Both the position numbers and the translations under genes were made by a program. Below the pieces are notes generated by a model. That model had not been told where the DNA came from and made no database searches. It was given only the letters and a program-made list of their open reading frames with translations. A stretch of 64,000 nt of DNA from Tubulanus polymorphus (Eukaryota; Animalia; Nemertea): assembly GCF_964204645.1 (NCBI RefSeq), contig NC_134027.1:23522560-23586559 (forward strand), read 5' to 3'. Every line of letters begins with the position of its first letter. Positions within the stretch are counted from its first letter, which is position 1. This document shows positions 53,659 to 64,000 of the stretch, one piece after another.

Positions 53659-56600
53659 ATGGGGAAGCTAAGTTTGACTTTCGTAACAATCATCGCTGTA
53701 AGTAAATGTTCTTCGCATAATTGAAAGCAAGAAGCAAATATTCCGAAAATTGCACAAGAAAATACCATTACGTATTACGCATTCAGTACACTGCTTGGTG
53801 TTTAATTTCAACTTACACCGATCTAGGAAACGTGTTTTGTCTGTTTTTCAGATTCAGTTTGTCGCTATTTGGGGATGCACCCCGACTGGAACCCCAGGTG
53901 CGTTAGTTTTAGCTTTGAGCAACAATTATTATGATGATATTGATAACATTTATTTATATACCACTCTCCACTGCGCATTAGAGCTGTTTACATAGAATAC
54001 ATATATAACCCCATTACATCTCGAAAAACAAAATACGCCAAACAAAGAGTGTGCATGGTCCATTGTATCTATGATTCATTTTTATCACATAGACGAATTA
54101 ACTACCGATTTTGAGATGTATAACTATAAGTGGAAATCGCGGGGAACATTACAATGGACGAGATATTCAGGCAGAACACCATCTCGAAACACCGGCCCAG
54201 GTAGAGATCATACCAGTATGACTGAAAATGGTCCGATCATAGGTACGGTACTAACTTACACAACATCATCCATACGCCCCTCAACACAACATGTGAGAAT
54301 ATGAAGTTAACAAGATTGTTTCAAATTTCAGGAAGCTATGTGTACGTGGAAGCTTCTTCTCCGGCAAAAGAGGGGGATCAAGCCTGGTTAGAGGCAAATA
54401 CCACATCATCATCTGACTCCTGCGTCATGAACTTTTATTATCACATGTTTGGTTTAACGATGGGAAAACTAGAAGTCAAAATCAACGGAAACGTTGTATT
54501 TTCGCAATCTCGCCATTATAGACATGGATGGAAACTGGGATCAGTTCCAATCGCAAAAGGAAACGCCGCAGTATGTACTCAGTACACAACTTAGTATTTC
54601 TTGAATTTGTTTATTGCTTTGACCTACGAGCAATTAGCTAGTTAGATAATTGCTCGTAGCTTTGACCAACAATCAAGGAAATGTATTTTTTCTGTTTTCT
54701 TCCAGATCCAGTTTATCGCTACCCGGGGAAGGTCTTGGAAATCCGACATAGCCATCGATGACATCACTTTTTCTAAGGGATGCACCCCGACACCCGTGGT
54801 ATCAGGTTTGTTGGTTCAAGGTTGCGACATTAGTATTAGTTGATCGTAATAGAATAGTGAAAATAGCGGTTAAAAGCTGATAACTCATCACGTTTAGAAA
54901 CCGATTCCTTTATCTAGCGGGTCCTAAGATACGATGATCAAAGTGAAGAGCTGGACCGTTTTAACCATAATTCATTTTCCATTACGTAGGACAATTGACT
55001 ACTGATTTTGAGACCGATAACGGAAAGTGGAAATCGCAGGGATCATTAGAATGGACGAGACAATCAGGCAGTACAGGATCTTCTGGCACCGGTCCAAGTG
55101 CAGACCATACAACTGGAAGTGGTATTGACAGTTTCTAACTCACATACCATCGCCTATACACCTCTTACCTCTCTTAATCTTCCAGAATGCGATGTTAACC
55201 AGATTATTGAGAGGAAAATAGATGTTCATTCTATCAAATAGTATCACGACGAGCAGTGGTTAACATTTTGTCTCATTTCAGGATGGTATGTGTACATGGA
55301 ATCCTCTGGGAAACATGAAGGTGATCAAGCCAAGTTTGAAGGAGATACCCTATCAATGTCTGACTCCTGCGTCATGAACTTTTATTATCACATGTATGGT
55401 TCACAAATGGGAAGACTTGAAGTTACACTCAACGGAAAGGTTGTATTTTCGAAATCTGGTGATCAGGGAAATCAATGGACCCCGGGATCTGTTACGATCG
55501 CAAAAGGAAACGCAGAGGTACGTACTCAGAACACAGCTTTAGTATTCTATTCAAACATTTACCAACAATTTCAGGAAATAATTTCGTATTTTTTTTTTAG
55601 ATCCAGTTTTTCGCTACCCGCGGTAACGGTGATAAGTCCAACATAGCTATTGATGACGTCAGATTTACTCCAGAATGCACTGCGACACCAGGTTTGTTAG
55701 TTTCAAGTCGCGACACAAGAAAAGCTGATAGCAAACAGTAAAACGTGGAGATAACCTAATAACTAATGACGTTTGAAAACATATTCCTTTATCTAACGGG
55801 TCCAAAAATACGGTATTCAACAAGTAGGCCTGATCCATCGAAGTACCATCGAACCTCGTTTAGTGCGATGCCGGTAGGTACATGAAAAATCATCGTACTA
55901 ACCGAATTTCGTACTAACCATTTCATAAAATTCATCGTATCCCTTAGGTTTTCGTTGTAGGCCAAATCGTACTAACGAGGTTCAACTATAATCATTTTTC
56001 CTATTTCGTAGGACAATTGACTACCGACTTTGAGACGGATAACGGAAAGTGGATCTTACGGGGAACGTTACGATGGAAACGACAATCAGGCAGTACAGAA
56101 TCCCGTGGCACCGGTCCAAGTGCAGATCATACAAGTGGAAGTGGTACGAACAGTTTCTATCTCATTCAACAAACTATGAATATGAAGTTAAAGAGATTGT
56201 TAAGTGGAAAATAAGTGTTCATAGAAATAAATAGCATTGCAACGAACAGTGTTCAATATTTAGGCCTACTCACAGTGTTCAATATAATCTTATTTCAGGA
56301 ACGTATATATATATGAACACCGGCATCAGTTGTCCAGGTGATCAAGGATTGCTCGAGGCAGCTACTCAATCAGCGTCTGACTCCTGCTCCATGAACTTTT
56401 ATTATAACATGAATGGTCCAACGATGGGAAAATTAGAAGTTAAACTAAACAGAGAAGTTGTATATTCGGTATCTGGTGATCAGAGAGATCAATGGAAACA
56501 GGGATCAGTTACAATTGCAAAAGGGGACGCCATAGTACGTACTTAGAATCTATTTAAACCTTAACCTAGAATCTGAAAAATGTATTTTGTATCGTTTTTT

Positions 56601-56688
56601 TCAGATCCAGTTTGTCGCTACCAGGGGACCCGCTTGGCAATCCAACATAGCCATCGATGACATCACTTTTTCATCGAATTGCAAGTGA
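53659..56688 (+). CDS. Secreted protein with signal peptide and three MAM domains (copy 1, ~494 aa, 11 exons)
   Basis: Exons 53659-53697, 53852-53897, 54093-54242, 54332-54570, 54706-54805, 54990-55121, 55282-55517, 55601-55691, 56012-56143, 56299-56534 and 56605-56688. MAM motifs DFE, W.R.SG.T.S..TGP..DHT, Y.Y.E.S, C...FYYHM.G..MG.L.V and DIAIDD. Confidence 0.92.
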
Positions 56689-57104
56689 TCCGTCGATTCA
56701 TAAGATATGTATTCAGTCCTAATTATAAATAAATGCGCTAAACATATGCCCGTGTTCTAGTGTTCAATCACTGAGACTCTTCTCGATTTGCATTAAACAT
56801 TAAACATTAAACAAAAACGAACTAGCAAGATAACATTACACTCCTCTAGATGGATACCGTTTATTTTTTTGCAAGTCCCGACTCGTTCGACAAACTCTCT
56901 GCATGTTTTTGCCATTTCTTCGAAAACTTGTATCTTACTATCGCTAACCCTTGACGAATCTTCCAACTGTACAGTTTCGTGGCCGACATAACCAACCTTA
57001 TTTTTGAAGAACTAAACACTTTGATACGTGCATCATTGATATTATATCAACCAACACATTGTTTTATCCATGAAATGGCAAGGGACCTTATAACGACCTT
57101 CATA

Positions 57105-57560
57105 CCATCGTTATAACCGATAGTTCACTGTTATATCCAGTATGAAATAACAGTGGAACCTCATTACAACGAACTTCAAAAGACCAGAAAATCTGTTTGT
57201 TATAACCGATAGTTCACTGTTATATCCAGTATGAAATTACAGTGGAACCTCGTTACAACGAATTTCAGGAGACTAGAAAATCTGTTTGTTATAACCGATA
57301 GTTCACTGTTATATCCAGTATGAAATAACAGTGGAACCTCATTACAACGAACTTCAAAAGACCAGAAAATCTGTTTGTTATAACCGATAGTTCACTGTTA
57401 TATCCAGTATGAAATTACAGTGGAACCTCGTTACAACGAATTTCAGGAGACTAGAAAATCTGTTTGTTATAACCGATAGTTCACTGTTATATCCAGTATG
57501 AAATAACATTGGCTCCTCGTTACAACGAACCTCAGGAAACCAGAAAATCTGTTCGTTTAA
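57105..57560. repeat. 89-bp tandem array built from pogo/Tc1-like TIR ends (also at ~51590-51810)
   Basis: Each unit starts (T/A)ACAGTGGAACCTC(G/A)TTACAACGAA. Period 89 (57151, 57240, 57329, 57418). Confidence 0.85.
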
Positions 57561-58089
57561 CTGCCAAATTATACTGTAATATCTTTTGTCTCTTATCTGC
57601 CCTGTGTACTTTATTGAACTGTCTATCCAATGATGTATTTGTTATATATTACGGACCAATAAAATTAGTTTGAATTTGAACTGTTATATGCGGTCTGATA
57701 TGACTATGGAAGTGTCAATCGTGAACACAACACGAAAAGAAAAAAACATTGTGAAAATGTGTAAACTAAGATTAATCATCCATTATCCCTCAACTATAAT
57801 CGTAGTTAATCTTTTGTGGGGTAAGGTTGGCAAACTGGTGGGCTTGGTAGAGATGTTTGCTCGAGGATGGATTGTTGGAATGCAATGATACGCCATTATA
57901 ATCAATGAATTACTTCGGTAACACATTCTGAGACAACCTGGACAAAATTACGATTTCTAAAATTCCCCACAGGAAAATATCACAGCGAGTTACATCCGGT
58001 GATTTGGCGAAATCTAAATCAATATCTCAACTGGCATCTGGTAATTTTCGTATTTCTCGTTTTTTGGGTGCAACACCATTTTTGGTCGT

Positions 58090-58360
58090 CATCCAAAAAT
58101 ACGTTAGCGCACATCCATGGCTTATCATTGCATTTCAACATTTCAACTTTGGGCAAAGATCCAGGCCTGCCAACCTTAACCTTCTAAAAACCTCGATAAC
58201 AGATTTTATCCAGAAACACCCTGTAATAAGCATTTTTACGACCACGCCGAGTGTCCTACCCGCTTTGCTATTGTTTTGATGAGCACCGATTACGTCAAAC
58301 CCAAATCGTTTTCTTTGTTTAATGAGCGACAAACACCATACCCGGGTATATGCTGAATGA
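58090..58360 (-). pseudogene. Possible decayed GPCR TM5-TM7 fragment
   Basis: The minus strand reads AYTRVWCLSLIKQRKR...SKAGRTLGVVV, followed by a broken N.MI.PW.-like TM7. Confidence 0.3.
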
Positions 58361-59190
58361 GGTACTTGTTAGCCGAGCAAGTACCTCCGAGCCTAGGAAA
58401 ATAGCGATGTATGGCGAAACACATTCAGAAAAACCATCTTAAAAGTATCTCCATTCATTCGAATAAATCGCTTCCGAAAATCTTCGCCTGATTAGGCCTA
58501 CCTATCGTCGCCAGTTTTAGTTAATTCCAACTGAATTCTTCTTCCTACTTCTGGAAATGTCAATTGATATCTTAAAAAAAACTACGTAGAAATACATTCA
58601 GCATGTTGGAGCGAAATCTAGTAAATATTATAGGATGTGAAACTATTTATGTATTTCCATTCGTTTCGTATATTCAATCTATATTCGATTAGATTATTTT
58701 GAAATGATAGCGCGAAAAACAGTTGCATCGAAAAAAGTATCTATTATTAGCTCTTACAGTTAGATGAGGGGAACGTGTAGGTCATCGAACAAAAAAATCA
58801 AGTTTTGGTTATTCTACTTTTTTTTCAGAGAAAATCTAATATTTAGGAAACCATGTGCAATATATAGTAAAATCAGATTTTCATCATGACTTTTTTGATT
58901 TTCTCAGTGAAGACTTGCCTGCCCCATTTTGTAAATGTAGAGCTTTTGACTTTTTGTTATTCATCCGAATGTTGGTGTTGTATGATAATAGAAACATGTC
59001 TAGGCCCATTTGGAAAATGAGTTCTAATTACCAATAAAAATCCTGGAGTAACATGTGGAGCGTTGCAAGTGGTAAACGCTGCAATCACCCACTCGCAATC
59101 TCTGCGGAAAGGGCCGAAATATCATTATTTGTTAAATAGACAGCTTGCTCGTATACATTCATGTCTGGCAGTCCACGTAGAGCAGTCACT

Positions 59191-62100
59191 ATGGGGAAGC
59201 TAAGTTTGACTTTCGCAACAATCGTCACTGTAAGTAAATGTTCTTCGTATAATTGGAACTAAGAAGCAAATATTGCAAAAATTGGACAAGAAAATACCAT
59301 ATTACGTAGAGTAATCAGAACACTGCTTGGTGTTTAATTTCAACATTACCGACGATCTGAGAAATTTATTTTGTCTGCTTTTCAGATCCAGTTTGTCGCT
59401 ATTTGGGGAAGCACCTTGACTGGGACCCCAGGTTTGTTAGTCATAAGTTGGCGGCACAAGTATAATGATGATAATGAAAATAATAATGATGAAAATAATA
59501 TTCATTCATATACCGCTCTCCACTGCGTATAAAAGCGGTTTACATAAAATACATTCACCATCCTATTACATTTCGATAAAAATGTTGAATAAAAAGCTAA
59601 GTTTTCACACCAGACTTAGATTCATCAATATCTGTGCAGCTAAGCGAATTAAAAGGCAGAGTAAAAGCTGATCGCAATAGAATATTTTGAAAATAGAAAA
59701 CAGAATCTAGTCACGTTTGAAAACATACTCTTTTATCTATAGCGGTTCCAAAATATGATAAAAAAAAGAGTATGCACGGTCCATTTTGTCTATGATTCAT
59801 TTTTTATTACATAGACGAATTAACTACCGATTTTGAGATGGATAACTATAAGTGGAAATCGCGGGGAACATTAAAATGGACGAGACGATCAGGCAAGACA
59901 CCATCTCGAAACACCGGCCCAGGTGGAGATCATACCAGTCATTATGGGAGAGGAGGTATACGAACAGTTCCTAATTTATACAACATCATCCGTACACCCC
60001 TCACCCCCTCCCCCAACTGTGAGAATATGAAGTTAGCAAGATCGTTAAATGGAAAATATGTGTTCATACAATTAAATAGTATCGCGAAGAGCGGTTTTCA
60101 ATATTTACTCTTATTTCAGGATGGTACTATGTATACGTGGAAGCTTCTCCCCCGGCAAAAAAGGGGGATCAAGCCTGGTTAGAAGCAAATACCACATCAT
60201 CATCTGACTCCTGCGTCATGAACTTTTATTATCACATGTTTGGTTTAACGATGGGACAACTAGAAGTTAAAGTCAACGGAAACGTTGTATTTTCGAAATG
60301 TGGTCATAATAGAAATGGATGGACATTGGGATCAGTTCCGATCGCAAAAGGAAACGCCGCAGTACGTACTCAGTACACAGCTTTATTTCTTGAATTTGTT
60401 TATTGCTTTGACCTGCGAGCAAGGTTAGATAATTGCTCGTAGCTTTGGCCAACAATCAAGGAAATGTATTTCGTCTGTTTTTTCCAGATTCAGTTTGTCG
60501 CTACCCGGGGATGGTCTTGGAAATCCGACATAGCCATCGATGACATCACCTTTTCTACGGGATGCACCCCGAAACCTGTGGTATCAGGTTTGTTGGTTTA
60601 AGGTTGCGACACTAGTGTTAGTTGATCGTAATAGAATAGTGAAAATAGTGGTTAGAATCTGATAACTTTATCTCCTCTGAAAACGGAATCCTTTATCTAG
60701 CGGGTCCTACGATGGTGTAGGCCCAGTCTGTTTTAAACTATAATTCATTTTCTATTACGTAGGACAATTGACTACCGATTTTGAGACCGATAACGGAAAG
60801 TGGAAATCGCAGGGAACATTACAATGGACCAGACGATCAGGCAGTACAGGATCTTCTGGCACTGGTCCAAGTGCAGACCATACAACTGGAAGTGGTATTG
60901 ACAGTTTCTTACTCTAACGTCTATACACCTCTTACCTCCCCCAATCTTCGAGAATGTGATGTTAACTGAGATTATTGAGAGGAAATAGGTGTCCATACCA
61001 TTAAATAGTATCACGACGAGCAGAGTTTAATATTTACTCTCATTTTAGGAACGTATGTGTACATGGAATCTTCTGGGAAACATGAAGGTGATCAAGCCAA
61101 GTTTGTAGCAGATACCCTATCAATGTCTGACTCCTGCGTCATGAACTTTTATTATCATATGCATGGTTCACATATGGGAAGACTTGAAGTTAAACTCAAC
61201 GAAAACGTTATTTTTTCGAAATCTGGTGATCAGGGAAATCAATGGAAACAGGGATCAGTTACGATTGCAAAAGGAAACGCAGCGGTACGTACTGAGTACA
61301 CAGCTTAGTATTTCATTCAAACTTTTACCAACACTGTGAGGAAATAATTTCGTATGTTTTTTTCAGATCCAGTTTGTCGCTACCCGCGGTAACGGTGATA
61401 AGTCCAACATAGCTATTGATGACGTCAGATTTACTCCGGAATGCACTGCGACACCAGGTTTGTCAGTTTCAAGTCGCGACACAAGAAAAGCTGATCGCAA
61501 ACAGTGAAACGTGGAGATAACCTAATAACTAATGACGTTTGAAAACAGATTCCTTTATCTAACGGGTCCAAAAATACGGTATTCAATAAGTAGGCCTGAT
61601 CCATCGAAGTACCGTCGAACCTCGTTTAGTACGAAGCCAGTGGGTACATGAAAAAATCATCGTACTAACCGAATTTCGTGCTTAAGGTAAAGAAGTAAAG
61701 TAGATCGCAATTAATAAGTGAAATGCGGAGATAATCTAATAACTAATATCGTTTGATTCCCTTATCTAACGGGTCCAAAAATACGGTATTCTAGACCTGG
61801 TCCATATTACAAATACCGTCAAGCCTCGTTTAGTACGAAATCCGTGGGTAAATAAAAAAAAATCATCGTACTATCCGAATTTCGTACTAACCATTTCATA
61901 AAAAACAATTCCATGATTACTTCAATAGACACCCCATGGAAAGATTGCCTGTGGTCGGCGACTCCGCAGGCGATGGATAGATAATGATTTAAACAAAAAA
62001 AATCTGTATAAATTCTACCGCCGATCAAACAACTACATCAGTACTTAGATTTACGATTTCAAAATCAAACGCACTGTAGTTTCGATTCCGGCAGGTGTGG

Positions 62101-63322
62101 TGGGTTTGTAAGCGACACTAAATCAAAATATATGAAACGAAATCTACCTATCAAATAAGCAACATGGTTAATCCCTATTGTTTATTTACTATAGAAATGA
62201 AGAGGAGATCGTATCACCGGGAATCTCGTTTTTTTTAAATCTTGAAATAGGGATTGACCCTGTTATTTATTTGGTTGGTAATTTTCGTTTGACTTTTTTA
62301 AATTGTCCCTTTACATACCTACAACATCTGTCGAGAGCGAAACAGGGGGTTTGATTTTGGAATCGAAAATCGAAGTACAGATATAGTTGTGTGATCAAAT
62401 TTACAGAATTTTTTGTTTAAATCGAAGCACATAATCGGGAAATTCGGTTCCGGTTCATTCAAACAATCTTCCAACCAGTGTCGTTTTGAACGCTTTAAAC
62501 TTAGCAAACATTTTTATAGGAAAATCCTTGTTCCGGGAATTCCGGTAATTCTTTGATTCATCGTATTGCTGAGGTTTTCGTTGTAGGCCGAATCGTACTA
62601 ACGAGGTTCAAATACAAATTAATTTTCTATTGTTCTAGGACAATTGGCTACAGATTTTGAGACGGATAACGGAAAGTGGATCATACGGGGAACGTTACGA
62701 TGGAAACGACAATCAGGCAGTACAGAATCCCGTGGCACCGGTCCAAGTGCAGATCATACGACTGGAAGTGGTACGAACAGTTTCTAATTTATACAACATC
62801 GTCCATACACCCCTAAACTCCTTCAATCTGTGAGAATATGAAGTTAACGAGATTGTTAAGTGGAAAATAGGTGGTCATACGATACTGCGACGAACAGTGT
62901 TTAATATTTACTCTCATTTCAGGAACATACATACATGTGGACACATCCAGCTTCAGATCTCCAGGTGACCAAGGATGGCTCGAGGCAGCTACTCAATCAG
63001 CGTCTGACTCCTGCGTCATGAACTTTTATTATAACATGAACGGTTCAACGATGGGAAAATTAGAAGTTAAAATCAACGGAAAAGAAGTATTTGATCAATC
63101 TGGTAATCAGGGAGATCAATGGAAACAGGGATCAGTTACGATTGCAAAAGGGGACGCCATAGTACGTACTCAGTGCATGGCTTAGAGTTCATCTGAACTT
63201 TTACCAAGAATCTGAAAAATGTATTTGTTTCGTTTTTTCAGATCCAGTTTGTCGCTACCAAGGGACCCGCTTGGCAATCCGACATAGCTATCGATGACAT
63301 CACTTTTTCATCCGACTGCTAG
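59191..63322 (+). CDS. Secreted three-MAM-domain protein (copy 2, tandem paralog, 11 exons)
   Basis: Exons 59191-59229, 59386-59431, 59815-59955, 60120-60361, 60488-60587, 60763-60894, 61049-61284, 61367-61457, 62639-62770, 62923-63161 and 63242-63322. Collinear with copy 1, including introns and flanks. Confidence 0.92.
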
Positions 63323-63699
63323 CGATCTACTCCTTCATGTCGATACATAAGATATGCATTCAGTGCTTATTATAAACATAAAAAATATCATGCTAAACAT
63401 ATGCGCGTGTTCTATTGTTCAATCACTGAGTCTCTTCTCAAATTGCATTTAACATCCAACCCTGGATGAACATTGCGAGATAACATTACACTCCCCTAGA
63501 GACAGACAACGGCGGTTTTATCTTTTGGCAAGTCTCGACTCGACTCTCTTTCTGCAGGTTTTTGCCATTTCTTCGAAACCATATGTCGTACTATCGCTAT
63601 CCCTTATGAAAAAATAAACACTTAGAATGTAGAATATCCAAAAATATGTATATCATCGAAATTTATATTTCAAATATCTGATGATAAACCAATATATAA

Positions 63700-63890
63700 T
63701 ATTCAATCTCATTCACAACATATTATTTCAAAACAACATATAGATGATAAATTAAATAAATGTTAGAATGATGTAAAGCATAAAATAGAAGAGACACATT
63801 TTGAAGGATCTGGTTTAATATTTGATGAAATTGTATTTATGACTTTATATGTTTATTATACAAAATATAATAAATTAAGTAAACCAAAAC
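63700..63890 (+). mobile_element. Possible decayed Maverick/Polinton pPolB-associated fragment
   Basis: AT-rich frame ...C*NDVKHKIEETHFEGSGLIFDEIVFMTLYVYYTKYNKL resembles an 'EGSGW.F..I' motif recalled from Maverick polymerase N-termini. It contains a stop. Confidence 0.3.
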
Positions 63891-64000
63891 CAATTGATGG
63901 AAATGATTTATCGTATCATAAAGATGATAATATAGATGCATCGAGTTATATATCAAATTACGATTTAAAACTAATGCTGTTATAAATGTAAAACATTTTG

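Overview
This is metazoan (invertebrate-type) nuclear DNA with GT-AG introns, not prokaryotic DNA. All gene models below were spliced by hand. Positions 1-11 kb are a non-coding ~7.3-kb tandem duplication holding an internal inversion, minisatellites and nested MITEs. A compact gene block follows: PSMD7 (-), MRPS16 (+), a 5'-only RELCH fragment ending at an in-frame stop (+), MEIG1 (-) with an upstream RFX X-box, and a GT92 glycosyltransferase (-). Next come an unusual ~974-aa POT1-like gene (+), decayed class A GPCRs, and two tandem secreted 3xMAM genes (+). The POT1-like protein has a ~660-aa repetitive N-terminal extension, then OB1+OB2, and no OB3/TPP1-binding C-terminus. Introns and intergenic DNA carry many piggyBac-, hAT-, pogo- and Helentron-like non-autonomous elements, foldback elements, a LINE RT fragment and minimal hammerhead-ribozyme motifs. 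The main highlights are the POT1 paralog architecture, the hammerhead motifs, the truncated RELCH and a MAM signal-peptide exon apparently recycled from a MAM exon.
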